A DNA stretch of 64,000 nucleotides from an uncultured Prevotella sp. (GCA_963621245.1 CAVFCW010000004.1:54286-118285); one strand, 5' to 3'; positions 25,802 to 35,470 are shown, counted from the stretch's first letter. Notes: generated from the letters alone by a model not told the origin. Program-made: numbers and translations.

Positions 25802-26593
25802 ATGCCGACGCAAAACGACGAAATAATCAGAGTTGAAAAACTCACAAAAATATATGACTTTGAGGGAACTGACGCCCACACCGTTCTCGATAATGTTTCC
25901 TTTGTGCTTCACCGCGGAGAAAGTCTCGGTTTTATCGGAGAATCAGGCTCCGGAAAGAGCGTTCTGATGAAGTGCATCGGCGCAAGAGGACGCGTGACAT
26001 CGGGCAAAATTATTCTTAACGGCAGAAACATAACGCACCGCAAGATGAAATTTCTCGTCAGAAGAACGCAAAGAAAGATTCAGACCGTTAATCAGGTTGC
26101 CAATATGAGCTTTGAGCTTGATAAGCACGTGGACGAGGTAATCGAAAATGCGCTCAGGCAGTCGGGAATGAATGCGGCGGACGCAAAGGCTAACGTCAAT
26201 AAAGTCCTCGAAAATTTCGGACTTGATCCCGATTATGCCGATATGTTCCCGTATGAATTGTCTGGCGGTCAGTGCCAAAGGGTTGCCCTTGCAAAGTGCC
26301 TTACGGTTAATCCCGAGGTTGTCATTTTTGACGAGGCTCTCTCTTCTTTGGACGGTTTAAGCCAAATTGCGCTCATGGATATAATCGAGGAAGAGAAGAA
26401 AAAGAAAAATCTCTCCTATATGATAATTTCTCATGACTTAAGGATGATAAGAAGGCTTTGCGACCGTGTTCTCGTTATGCAGGACGGAAAAATAGTCGAG
26501 GAGGGCACGCCCAAAGAAATTATCGACAATCCAAAGCTTGAATACACAAAAAATTTAGTTGAGGGACTTGCGGGCGGAAATATGAATTTTTAA
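25802..26593 (+). CDS. ABC transporter ATP-binding protein (Opp/Dpp D/F-like), no adjacent permease
   Basis: Walker A GESGSGKS, signature LSGGQCQR, Walker B VVIFDEALSSLD, and H-loop IISHD. Confidence 0.85.
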   Translation: MPTQNDEIIRVEKLTKIYDFEGTDAHTVLDNVSFVLHRGESLGFIGESGSGKSVLMKCIGARGRVTSGKIILNGRNITHRKMKFLVRRTQRKIQTVNQVANMSFELDKHVDEVIENALRQSGMNAADAKANVNKVLENFGLDPDYADMFPYELSGGQCQRVALAKCLTVNPEVVIFDEALSSLDGLSQIALMDIIEEEKKKKNLSYMIISHDLRMIRRLCDRVLVMQDGKIVEEGTPKEIIDNPKLEYTKNLVEGLAGGNMNF

Positions 26594-26634
26594 TCGAATT
26601 TTGGCAATAAACTGCGAAAAAATCGAAAAAAGGC

Positions 26635-26663
26635 TTGCAAAATCTCAAGATAGATGTTAATAT
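26635..26663 (+). promoter_or_regulatory. putative promoter of the rimP-nusA-infB operon (TTGCAA-17-TGtTAATAT)
   Basis: TTGCAA at 26635-26640, a 17-nt spacer ending in TGT, and TAATAT at 26658-26663. Confidence 0.6.
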
Positions 26664-26686
26664 GACTACAGTAATATTGCAGAAAG

Positions 26687-26725
26687 GCGAAAGAGCGGAG
26701 AGACACCGCTCTTTCGTTTGTTTTT
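26687..26725 (+). terminator. terminator-like hairpin inside the rimP-nusA leader (candidate attenuator)
   Basis: Stem CGAAAGAGCGG / CCGCTCTTTCG (11 bp) with a 7-nt loop, followed by TTTGTTTTT. It lies between the promoter and the rimP SD. Confidence 0.6.
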
Positions 26726-26748
26726 AGCCGAACCGAAAGGAGAAAAAT

Positions 26749-27249
26749 ATGGCAGAAGAACTAAAGCCCAAGAAGGAAAAAAAGCTTAGCACTACCGATT
26801 TTGTTTGGGAGCTTGCAAAGCCCGTTGCCGAGAAACTCGGACTTGAAATCTGGGATGTCAGATACGCCAAGGAGGGCGCCGACTGGAATCTCACTATTTT
26901 CATCGATAAGGACGAGGGAATAGGCATTGAGGACTGCGTAAACATGACGCACGAGATGAACCCGATACTCGACAAAGAAGATCCTATAAAGGGCGAATAC
27001 ACCTTTGTCGTATCTTCTCCGGGACTCGGAAGAAAGCTTACAAGAAAGGAGCACTTTGAAAAACTTCTCGGCGCTCCCATAAAGGTAAAGCTTATAAGAC
27101 CGCTTGAGGACGGCACAAGGGAAATCGAGGGCGAGATTTTAGAAGTTCTCGAAAACGGCGATTTTGTCCTTAAGCTTGACGAAGAAACAAGCGCAACCTT
27201 CACAAGAAAAGAGTGCTCGTCGGTTGTGCTCATGGACGACGATTTTTAA
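26749..27249 (+). CDS. rimP: ribosome maturation factor RimP
   Basis: 166 aa. ..LGLEIWDV.Y.KEG.DW.L.IFIDK..GI..EDC...S....LD..DPI...Y.L.VSSPGL.R.L, in the canonical position before nusA. Confidence 0.93.
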   Translation: MAEELKPKKEKKLSTTDFVWELAKPVAEKLGLEIWDVRYAKEGADWNLTIFIDKDEGIGIEDCVNMTHEMNPILDKEDPIKGEYTFVVSSPGLGRKLTRKEHFEKLLGAPIKVKLIRPLEDGTREIEGEILEVLENGDFVLKLDEETSATFTRKECSSVVLMDDDF

Positions 27250-27369
27250 TGTTGATGGAGAAGACCGTCGCATTTAAGGCGGCAGGTTTTTGCCAATCTT
27301 TTTAAGCAAAGCAGAGCACCCATCCGATTAAAAAGACAAATAACAAAACAGAAAGGTTTGATTTAGAAA

Positions 27370-28467
27370 ATGGCAGTCAGAAAAAAGAAAAAGGGAGAAG
27401 AACCCTCTCAGATTGAGGAGATTAACCTCGCTCTTTCCGAGCTTGAAGCAAACAGCAACATTCCGGCAGATTATATGAGAGAAAAGATCGAGAAAGCAAT
27501 CCAGAACGCCTGCATGAAGAACTACGGCAACGATGACGTAAGCTTTGATTACGGCGAGGACGGAAAAAGCTTCAACGTTTATCTCAACTACACAGTTGTT
27601 GACGATGACTACGAGAACGTGGATTTCAACCGTCACATCTATGCCGACATCGCAAAAGAACAGTACGGCGTTATCGTAGAGCCGGGAGATAAAGTTAAGG
27701 AGAAAATCGATACAAAGCAGTTCGGCAGAATTGCCGCTCAGACAGCAAGAAACATCATACGTCAGGGAATAAGAGACAGCGAGAAGGGCCAGATGATGCA
27801 GGAGTTCAAGAGCAAGCATCAGGAGCTTGTTTCCGCACAGGTTGAGAGAATCGACCCGAAAACAGGTGCACTCACCGTTAAAATCGGCAAGGCTGAGGCT
27901 GTTCTTCCCGAGAAGGAGCTCATCGGCACAGAGAACGTAAAAGAGGGTGACCACATCAAGGTTTACGTTGTTGACGTAAGAGAGACAGAGAAAGGCCCCA
28001 GAGCCATTATCTCGAGAACTCATCAGGATTTCGTCAAGCGTCTTTTCGAGAACGAAGTTCCGGAGATTTTCGACGGTTCCATCGAGATTAAGGGCGTTTC
28101 CCGTGAGGCTGGCTCAAGAACAAAGATTGCAGTTTGCAGCCACGACGAGAACATCGATGCAGTTGGTTCATGCATAGGCCACAAGGGTCAGCGAGTAAGC
28201 GCTATCGTTGAGGAGCTCGGCGGCGAGAAGATAGACATAATCGAGTACAGTGACGATCCCGCAAAGTTTATTGCATCGGCTTTGTCTCCCGCAACTGTTG
28301 TTTCGGTTGAGGTAGCCGAGGACGGAAGCAAGTCTTGCAGTGTAACCGTTCCCGATAACCAGCTTTCACTTGCTATCGGCAACAAGGGACAGAACGCACG
28401 CCTTGCCGCAAAGCTTACGGGCTGGAAGATAGACATAAAGCCGGAAAGCGGATTCTACGGAGAATAA
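27370..28467 (+). CDS. nusA: transcription termination/antitermination factor NusA
   Basis: S1 domain (V.RID.KTGALTVKIGKAEAVLP) and two KH domains (CIGHKGQRV, AIGNKGQNARLA..LTGWKIDI). Confidence 0.96.
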   Translation: MAVRKKKKGEEPSQIEEINLALSELEANSNIPADYMREKIEKAIQNACMKNYGNDDVSFDYGEDGKSFNVYLNYTVVDDDYENVDFNRHIYADIAKEQYGVIVEPGDKVKEKIDTKQFGRIAAQTARNIIRQGIRDSEKGQMMQEFKSKHQELVSAQVERIDPKTGALTVKIGKAEAVLPEKELIGTENVKEGDHIKVYVVDVRETEKGPRAIISRTHQDFVKRLFENEVPEIFDGSIEIKGVSREAGSRTKIAVCSHDENIDAVGSCIGHKGQRVSAIVEELGGEKIDIIEYSDDPAKFIASALSPATVVSVEVAEDGSKSCSVTVPDNQLSLAIGNKGQNARLAAKLTGWKIDIKPESGFYGE

Positions 28468-28472
28468 GTAAG

Positions 28473-28766
28473 ATGAAACAGAGAAAAATACCTCTGCGCC
28501 AGTGCTCGGGATGCGGCGAGATGAAGCCGAAAAAAGAGCTGGTCAGAGTGGTCAGAGCCCCCGAAAAGACGGACGAAAACGGCGTCACAACGGGCGGTGA
28601 GATATCTCTTGACCTCACGGGGAAAAAGCCGGGCCGCGGAGCCTATGTGTGCCACAACCCCGAGTGTCTGAAAAAAGCGAGAAAAGCTAAAAAATTCGAG
28701 CGTGCATTCTCGTGCAAGATACCCGATGAGGTTTACGACACCATGGAAGCCGAAATAGCTCAGTAA
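28473..28766 (+). CDS. ylxR: YlxR/RnpM family RNA-binding protein (DUF448)
   Basis: IPLRQCSGCGEMKPKKELVRVV....GRGAYVC....C is the DUF448 motif. The gene is in the conserved slot after nusA. Confidence 0.9.
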   Translation: MKQRKIPLRQCSGCGEMKPKKELVRVVRAPEKTDENGVTTGGEISLDLTGKKPGRGAYVCHNPECLKKARKAKKFERAFSCKIPDEVYDTMEAEIAQ

Positions 28767-28790
28767 GAAACAAACGAGGGTGAATTTGCA

Positions 28791-29129
28791 ATGGCAGAAA
28801 GAAAAGAAAAATTTCTCTCGATGCTCGGCCTCTCAAGAAGAGCGGGCAAGCTTACATGGGGCTTTGATCAGGTTATGGAAGCCGTGAAATCGGGTAAGGC
28901 AAGCGGCGTTATAGTCGCATGCGATATCTCTGAAAAAACGTTTAAGAATATAAAATTTGAAACTGATAAGAAGGATCTCAGAATTTTGAGAACCGAAATA
29001 CCACAGGAGGAATTAAGCTTTTATGCGGGAGTGCGTGCCGGTGTGTACGCAGTCACGGACGGCGGTTTCTTTAAAAGGCTTTGTGAGCTTAATGTGGCGG
29101 AACAATCAGGAAAGGATACGGAAAATTAA
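28791..29129 (+). CDS. ylxQ: L7Ae/L30e-family protein YlxQ
   Basis: [11 protein letters not shown]...V..A.KSGKA..VIVA.D.S..T, in the conserved slot before infB. Confidence 0.85.
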   Translation: MAERKEKFLSMLGLSRRAGKLTWGFDQVMEAVKSGKASGVIVACDISEKTFKNIKFETDKKDLRILRTEIPQEELSFYAGVRAGVYAVTDGGFFKRLCELNVAEQSGKDTEN

Positions 29130-29148
29130 TCCGCTTAAGGTAAAATAT

Positions 29149-32100
29149 ATGAGCAAAAAATACGCAATTCGTGATCTCGCCAATGACCTTGGCGTAGAGA
29201 GTTCAAATATTGTCGATATAGTTAACAAATATACCGACACAAGCAAAAAGCCAACTCAGTCGCTTGAGGAAAACGAGCTCAACATCGTTTTCGACAAAAT
29301 CACTCAGGATACATCCGTAAACGACGGATTTAAGGCTTATTTTGCTTCCGCAAACGAGGAAGAAAAGCCGGTCGAAAAGAAAGAGCCGAAAGCTGAAAAG
29401 GCAGAGAAGCCGGCAGCTAAAAAGACTGTCAAGAAAGAGACTAAATCTGAGACTAAACCCGAGGTTAAGACCGAGACTAAGGCAGAGGCTAAACCTGAAG
29501 TTAAGTCAGAAACTAAGACTGAAGCTAAAGCAGAAGTTAAGTCCGAGAATAAGTCCGACAGACCGCAGAGAGATTCAAGAAATCAGAACGGCGAGAGAAG
29601 ATTTGGCGACAGAAACAACCAGAATGGCGATAGAAAGTTCGGTGACAGAAACAACCAGAACGGTGAGAGAAAGTTCGGCGACAGAAATAACCAGAATGGT
29701 GAGAGAAAGTTCGGCGACAGAAACAACCAGAACGGTGAGAGAAGATTCGGCGACAGAAACAACCAGAACGGTGACAGAAGATACGGCGACAGAAACAACC
29801 AGAATGGTGAGAGAAGATTCGGCGACAGAAACAACCAAAATGGTGACAGAAACTTTGGCGACAGAAATAACCGTAACGGTGACAGAAACTTCGGCGACAG
29901 AAATAACCAGAATGGCGAGAGAAGATTCGGCGACAGAAACAGCCAGAATGGTGAGAGAAGATACGGCGACAGAAACAATCAGAGCGGTGACAGAAGATCC
30001 GACAGACCACAGAGAGACTCAAGAAACGGTTTTGATCGCTTTAACAAGACTCAGCCAGCAAAGGCAGAGGTTCCTGAGGTAAAGGAAGTTCACGTAAAGC
30101 GTGAGCTTAACAAGAATACCGCTCCGAGCGCACCGAAGAAGAGAGAGGAGCACCGTCCCGCACAGGCAAGAGAGAAGCAGGAGACCATGAAGCTTTCGGG
30201 TTCTGCATCTGTAGGTACGGTTCAGTCCGAGGACAGCTACTCCAACAACAGAAGAGTTATCGATACAAGAACTCAGAACGTCAACATCGACAAGTACAAC
30301 GAGAAGTACGATACTCTTGCATTCGATAAGGTTAAGAACGAGACAACCGCATCAAAGCAGAAGTTCACCAACAGAAACAACAAAAAGGGCAAGAAGCAGG
30401 GCAGAAGAGAGACCGAGGCAGAGAGACTTTCTCGTATTGCTCAGCAGAGAAAAGAAAAGCAGCTCACCATTCAGATTCCCGATGAGATAACTGTAGGCGA
30501 GTTCGCTTCAAGACTTAAGGCAACAAGCGCCGAGGTTATCAAGAAGCTCATGATGATGGGCGTTTTCGCAACAATCAACGATACAATCGACTTCGATACT
30601 TGCGAGCTTATTGCCGATGAGTTCCACACAAAGGTTGAGCATGAGGTTGTTGTCACAATCGAGGACAGAATCATCGATGATTCCGAGGACGATGATGCAA
30701 ATCTCGTTGAGAGAGCACCTGTTGTTTGCGTTATGGGTCACGTTGACCACGGTAAAACTTCTATCCTTGACGCTATCAGACACACAAGCGTCACAACGGG
30801 CGAGGCAGGCGGAATCACTCAGCACATCGGTGCTTACACCGTTAAGGTAAACGGAAGAGACATCACATTCCTCGATACTCCGGGTCACGCAGCTTTCACA
30901 GCCATGAGAGCAAGAGGCGCAATGGCAACGGATATTGCTGTCCTCGTTGTTGCCGCAGACGACGGTATCATGCCGCAGACTGTTGAGGCTATCAACCACG
31001 CAAAGGCAGCGGGTGTTTCCGTTATCGTTGCAATCAACAAGATGGACAGACCCGCAGCAAATCCCGATCTCGTCAAGCAGCAGCTCACAGAGTATGAGCT
31101 TGTTCCCGAGGAGTGGGGCGGAGACGTTCCTTGCGTTCCCGTTTCGGCTGTTACAAAAATGGGTATCGACGATCTTCTCGAGATGATACTTCTTGTTGCA
31201 GACATGAAGGAGCTCAAGGCTAACCCCGACCGTCAGGCAAAGGGTATTGTTATCGAGGCTAAGCTTGATAAGGGCAGAGGCCCCGTTGCAACTATGCTCG
31301 TTCAGAACGGTACTCTCAAAGTCGGTGATATTGTTGTTGCCGGTACTTCCGTCGGTCGTGTAAGAGCTATGACAGACGATAAGGGCAGAAAGGTTAAATC
31401 AGCCGGCCCGTCAGTTCCTGTTGAGATCACAGGTCTCGGAGATGTTCCGACAGGCGGCGATGTATTCAACGCAGTTTCCGACGAGCGTCTTGCACGTGAG
31501 CTCGTTGAGGAGAGAATCACCGCTCAGAAGGAAGAGCAGTTCAACGCTCAGACAAAGGTCACACTCGATAACCTCTTCGATCAGATGAGAGTCGGCGACA
31601 TGAAGGAACTCAAGATTATCGTCAAGGCAGACGTTCAGGGATCTGTCGAGGCGGTCAAGCAGTCGCTTGAGAAGCTCTCCAACGATGAAGTAAGAGTTAA
31701 CATCATTCACGGCGCAGTTGGCGCAGTTAACGAGAACGACGTTATGCTTGCAAACGCATCAAACGCAATTATCGTCGGATTTAACGTTCGTCCCGACCCC
31801 GTTGCCGAGGAGAACGCAAAGCGTGACGGCGTTGATATGAGACTTTACAGAATCATCTACGATTGCATCGAAGAGATTGAGTCCGCTATGAAGGGTATGC
31901 TTGCACCGAAGATCCGTGAGGTTATGCTCGGTAAAGCAGAGTGCCGTGAGATTTACAAGATCTCCAACGTCGGTATGGTTATCGGCGGTCACGTCACAAG
32001 CGGTAAGATTACAAGAAACGCACTCGTCAGAGTTGTCCGTGACGGTATCATCGTGGCAGACGACGAGGTTAAGTCCCTCAGAAGATTTAAGGATGATGTC

Positions 32101-32211
32101 CGTGAAGTGGCTCAGGGCTACGACTGCGGTATCACTCTTAACAAGTTCTCCGACATCAAGACAGGAGACATTCTCGAGGCATATATGATGGAGGAATACA
32201 GAGAGGATTAA
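29149..32211 (+). CDS. infB: translation initiation factor IF-2 (1020 aa) with repetitive N-terminal region
   Basis: The G-domain has [16 protein letters not shown] and NKMD. The C-terminus is typical IF-2. The start is placed at [11 protein letters not shown] (29149), while the track ORF begins inside ylxQ. Confidence 0.95.
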   Translation: MSKKYAIRDLANDLGVESSNIVDIVNKYTDTSKKPTQSLEENELNIVFDKITQDTSVNDGFKAYFASANEEEKPVEKKEPKAEKAEKPAAKKTVKKETKSETKPEVKTETKAEAKPEVKSETKTEAKAEVKSENKSDRPQRDSRNQNGERRFGDRNNQNGDRKFGDRNNQNGERKFGDRNNQNGERKFGDRNNQNGERRFGDRNNQNGDRRYGDRNNQNGERRFGDRNNQNGDRNFGDRNNRNGDRNFGDRNNQNGERRFGDRNSQNGERRYGDRNNQSGDRRSDRPQRDSRNGFDRFNKTQPAKAEVPEVKEVHVKRELNKNTAPSAPKKREEHRPAQAREKQETMKLSGSASVGTVQSEDSYSNNRRVIDTRTQNVNIDKYNEKYDTLAFDKVKNETTASKQKFTNRNNKKGKKQGRRETEAERLSRIAQQRKEKQLTIQIPDEITVGEFASRLKATSAEVIKKLMMMGVFATINDTIDFDTCELIADEFHTKVEHEVVVTIEDRIIDDSEDDDANLVERAPVVCVMGHVDHGKTSILDAIRHTSVTTGEAGGITQHIGAYTVKVNGRDITFLDTPGHAAFTAMRARGAMATDIAVLVVAADDGIMPQTVEAINHAKAAGVSVIVAINKMDRPAANPDLVKQQLTEYELVPEEWGGDVPCVPVSAVTKMGIDDLLEMILLVADMKELKANPDRQAKGIVIEAKLDKGRGPVATMLVQNGTLKVGDIVVAGTSVGRVRAMTDDKGRKVKSAGPSVPVEITGLGDVPTGGDVFNAVSDERLARELVEERITAQKEEQFNAQTKVTLDNLFDQMRVGDMKELKIIVKADVQGSVEAVKQSLEKLSNDEVRVNIIHGAVGAVNENDVMLANASNAIIVGFNVRPDPVAEENAKRDGVDMRLYRIIYDCIEEIESAMKGMLAPKIREVMLGKAECREIYKISNVGMVIGGHVTSGKITRNALVRVVRDGIIVADDEVKSLRRFKDDVREVAQGYDCGITLNKFSDIKTGDILEAYMMEEYRED
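29581..30000 (+). repeat. in-frame 36-bp tandem repeat, 11 full units plus one partial, inside infB
   Basis: The unit is AACCAGAAYGGYGANAGAARNTTYGGCGACAGAAAC, encoding NQNG(E/D)R(R/K/N)(F/Y)GDRN. Unit starts are at 29581, 29617 and so on to 29941. The array is flanked on both sides by GACAGACCNCAGAGAGAYTCAAGAAA ([10 protein letters not shown]). Confidence 0.95.
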
Positions 32212-32245
32212 TTTCCTCTTTGTCCCATCGGAAAGGTAATAAAAT

Positions 32246-32587
32246 ATGGCCGGTCACAGATTAGACAGAACAACCGAGGATATTCGCAGAGAGCTTTCTG
32301 CGATTCTCCGTGAGGTTAAAGACCCGAGAGTTCAGGGAAAGCTGATCTCGGTAGTAAGAGTTGAGGTTACAAACGATTTATCCTACTGCACTGTCTACGT
32401 AAGCACAATGGAGGGCATCGACGCCACGAACGAGGCGGTCAAGGGCCTTAAAAACGGTGCGGGCTTTATTCGCCACGAGCTTGGTTCAAGACTCGATATC
32501 AGATACACCCCAAAGCTTATTTTCAAAGCAACCGATTCCATTGAGTACAGTGCAAACATAACAAAATTGCTCAACGACCTCAAATAA
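32246..32587 (+). CDS. rbfA: ribosome-binding factor A
   Basis: R..R..E.IRRELS.ILR.VKDPRV...ISV..VEV..DL....VYVS is RbfA. Confidence 0.95.
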   Translation: MAGHRLDRTTEDIRRELSAILREVKDPRVQGKLISVVRVEVTNDLSYCTVYVSTMEGIDATNEAVKGLKNGAGFIRHELGSRLDIRYTPKLIFKATDSIEYSANITKLLNDLK

Positions 32588-32601
32588 CAGGAAAAAACAA
32601 T

Positions 32602-33573
32602 ATGCCTAAGAACATAACAATAAAAGAGGCAGCCGAAAGACTTCTTGCGTGGGACAACATCTGCGTTTATTCCCACGCAAGTCCCGACGGTGACACGCTG
32701 GGAAGTGCATCGGCATTGCTTCACATACTCGAGAACATGGGAAAGAAGACTGCTTTCCGCTGCAGCGACGAGTGCCCGAAAAAATTCTCTTATCTCTTTG
32801 ATGGACTCAAATTAGAGCTTGAGGATGAGAAAATCGAGCACCACATGACGGTGGACGTAGCCGACCCTAAGCTTCTCGGAAAATATAACGAACTTTATCT
32901 CGAAAACAACGATTTCTTTTCGCTTGCAGTCGATCATCACGGAACTCACGTCCCGTTTGCACGCGAGGAGTGGGTTGTCGGCGGCGAGCCGTCTAACTGC
33001 GAGCTTATGTACATGCTTTTCACCGAGATGAACGCAGAAATCACCCCCGACACCGCAAACTGTATTTATACGGGACTTGCAACCGACACGGGCTGTTTTA
33101 AGTATGCTTCCGTAAAGCCGAGCACGCATACCATTGCCGCAAAGCTTATGGAGCTTGGCGCAGACGCCGCAAAAATCAACCGTGAGATTTTCGACACCAG
33201 GACAAAAACCTATATAGCTCTTGAACAGGCGGTTCTCTCCAAAATCAGATATTACGGCGACGGTAAAGTTGCCGTTATCGATGTAACAAACGAGGATCGT
33301 GAGAAAACAGGCGCAACTCAGTCCGATACGGATATTATCTCATCTCTTCCGAGAATGATTGAGGGCGTTCTTGTCGGAATCACTCTCAAAGAGAAAGACG
33401 GCGGAGTTTGGAAAGCTTCCGTGCGTGCGGTTTTGCCCGCAGACGCCTCTGAAATATGCCAAAAATTCGGCGGCGGCGGTCATGTCGGTGCGGCAGGATG
33501 CGCTTTTGACGACACTGATTTGAAATCTGCCGAAAAGAGCCTTGTCGAGGCGGCTTTGGAGAACATAGGATGA
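32602..33573 (+). CDS. nrnA: DHH/DHHA1 phosphoesterase (NrnA-like oligoribonuclease/pAp phosphatase)
   Basis: H.SPDGDTLGSA, VDHH, and GGGH at the C-terminus. Confidence 0.8.
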   Translation: MPKNITIKEAAERLLAWDNICVYSHASPDGDTLGSASALLHILENMGKKTAFRCSDECPKKFSYLFDGLKLELEDEKIEHHMTVDVADPKLLGKYNELYLENNDFFSLAVDHHGTHVPFAREEWVVGGEPSNCELMYMLFTEMNAEITPDTANCIYTGLATDTGCFKYASVKPSTHTIAAKLMELGADAAKINREIFDTRTKTYIALEQAVLSKIRYYGDGKVAVIDVTNEDREKTGATQSDTDIISSLPRMIEGVLVGITLKEKDGGVWKASVRAVLPADASEICQKFGGGGHVGAAGCAFDDTDLKSAEKSLVEAALENIG

Positions 33574-34478
33574 ACGGCGTTATAATACTCGATAAGCCCG
33601 AGGGTTTCACGTCTTTTGACGCTGTTGCCGTCATGAGAAAAATAGCTCACGAAAAGAAAATCGGCCACACGGGAACTTTAGACCCCATGGCTACGGGAGT
33701 TTTGCCGATACTTTTGGGCAAAGGAACAAAATGTTCCGATCTTCTTCCCGATACCGACAAGGAGTATTCCGCTTCCTTTAAGCTGGGCGTTAAGAGCGAT
33801 ACTCTTGACAGCACGGGGAAAATTCTCGAGGAACACTACGAAAAAATCTCCCTTGAAACGCTTCAAAGCGCGCTTGTCGCTTTCAGAGGAGAAATCGAGC
33901 AGATTCCTCCGATGTATTCGGCGGTTCAGGTCGGTGGCGTGCGCCTTTATGACCTTGCAAGAAAGGGAATAGAAGTCGAGAGAAAAAGCCGTAAAGTCAA
34001 CATATCGCTTTTAAGACTTGATAATTACGACGAAACAAGCGGCGAGGGAGAACTCACCGTTCGTTGTTCAAAGGGAACGTATATCAGAACGCTTATTGAC
34101 GATATTGCGAGAAGTCTTTCTCTTTGCGGCGGAATTATGACTGCACTCAGAAGAACCCGTGCTTGCGGATTCGGAATAGATGACGCTTTAAGTCTCGATG
34201 AGCTTAAAATGCTTGCCGAGGAAGAAAAAATCGAAAGCGCATTAAGACCGCTTGACGGACTTTTTTCGGAGTACCGCAAGGTGAATGTGTCGAACGCACA
34301 GATGAACAGATACTTAAACGGCGGCGAACTTGCCCTCGAGAGACTTCACCTCAAATTTAACGAGGACGGCGAGCGCATAAGGGTTTATTCGCCCGACGGA
34401 AAGATTTTTCTCGGACTCGGACAGGTCGACACAGCCGAAAAACAAATGAAAATACTCAAGATACTTCATGTGAAGTAA
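33570..34478 (+). CDS. truB: tRNA pseudouridine(55) synthase
   Basis: GVIILDKPEGFTSFD...RKI...KKIGHTGTLDPMATGVLPI and IPPMYSA. Confidence 0.95.
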   Translation: MNGVIILDKPEGFTSFDAVAVMRKIAHEKKIGHTGTLDPMATGVLPILLGKGTKCSDLLPDTDKEYSASFKLGVKSDTLDSTGKILEEHYEKISLETLQSALVAFRGEIEQIPPMYSAVQVGGVRLYDLARKGIEVERKSRKVNISLLRLDNYDETSGEGELTVRCSKGTYIRTLIDDIARSLSLCGGIMTALRRTRACGFGIDDALSLDELKMLAEEEKIESALRPLDGLFSEYRKVNVSNAQMNRYLNGGELALERLHLKFNEDGERIRVYSPDGKIFLGLGQVDTAEKQMKILKILHVK

Positions 34479-34499
34479 AGGAAAAACTCAGGATAACAG

Positions 34500-35417
34500 A
34501 TGCAAATTTACAGAGAATTAAACGGTTTTTCAAAAAAGAATAAATCGGTCGCAGTGGCACTCGGCGCATTTGACGGACTTCATCTCGGACACCAAAAGGT
34601 CATCTCTCAGGTGATGTCGGAAGGCTTCGAGCCAAGCGTTTTCACCTTTTCGGAGGATCCGTCAAAGGTGCTTTCGGGCAAAACCGAGTATCTCATGACG
34701 GAAGACGACAAAATCGCTTTTCTCGAAGAAATGGGAATTAAAAACGTGTTTGACATAAGCTTCGGCGCGGTCAAAGATTTAACCGCCGAGGAATTTTTCT
34801 TTGATGTTCTGCTTGAAAAATGCGGCGTCGGATTGATTTCGTGCGGTGACGATTTCCGTTTCGGCAAGAAAGCAGCCGGAGATGTTACGCTTTTAAAAAA
34901 ACTTTGTGACGAAAACGGCATCGTGCTCAAAATTTGTCCGCCCGTTATGCTGGGTTCATCGGTTATCCATTCCTCGGCGATAAGGTCGGCTCTCAAAAAG
35001 GGAGATACCGTCACGGCAAGAAAAATGCTCGGCAGACCGTTCGGTTTTTCGCTTGAGGTGATTCACGGCAATTCCATCGGCAGAACCATAGGCATTCCCA
35101 CGATTAACCAAAGATTGCCAGGTGGCTTTGTTCTTCCGCTTTTCGGAGTTTATGCCGCATGCGTTCACATTGACGGAAAAATCTACCACGGCACGTGCAA
35201 CATCGGAGTTAAGCCGACTGTCGGCTCGAACGTTCCGCTTGCCGAAACGTGGATATCGAATTATTCGGGCGACCTCTACGGGAAAAAGCTTAAACTCGAC
35301 GTTCTCGATTTCATACGCCCCGAGAAGAAATTTTCTTCTCTCTCGGAGCTTAAGTCGGAAATTGAGAGAAATGCTCTCGAAGCCGAGAGAATATGCACGG
35401 AGTATCTCGAAAACTGA
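34500..35417 (+). CDS. ribF: bifunctional riboflavin kinase / FAD synthetase
   Basis: ALGAFDGLHLGHQKV in the FMN adenylyltransferase domain, and GIPT.N...GVYA..V.....Y....NIG..PT in the kinase domain. Confidence 0.93.
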   Translation: MQIYRELNGFSKKNKSVAVALGAFDGLHLGHQKVISQVMSEGFEPSVFTFSEDPSKVLSGKTEYLMTEDDKIAFLEEMGIKNVFDISFGAVKDLTAEEFFFDVLLEKCGVGLISCGDDFRFGKKAAGDVTLLKKLCDENGIVLKICPPVMLGSSVIHSSAIRSALKKGDTVTARKMLGRPFGFSLEVIHGNSIGRTIGIPTINQRLPGGFVLPLFGVYAACVHIDGKIYHGTCNIGVKPTVGSNVPLAETWISNYSGDLYGKKLKLDVLDFIRPEKKFSSLSELKSEIERNALEAERICTEYLEN

Positions 35418-35431
35418 ATATAAATTTTGAG

Positions 35432-35470
35432 GCACTTCACGCCGCTTATGGCGTGGAGTGCTTTTTTGTT
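35432..35470 (+). terminator. intrinsic terminator of the nusA-infB-ribF operon
   Basis: Stem GCACTTCACGCC / GGCGTGGAGTGC, followed by TTTTTTGTTTG. Confidence 0.8.

Noticed and set aside
29581-30000. Possible CRISPR array, suggested by the regular 36-bp periodicity.
   Set aside because: The units are directly contiguous with no unique spacers. They are in frame within infB and encode a conserved peptide repeat. No cas genes are present.
29342-30082. Long ORFs in alternative frames and on the opposite strand across the infB repeat (29342-30082 on +, 29537-30022 on -, 29583-29978 on -, 29575-29838 on -).
   Set aside because: They are artefacts of the periodic, stop-free 36-bp repeat. They have no SD, lie entirely within the well-supported IF-2 frame, and translate to monotonous repeats.
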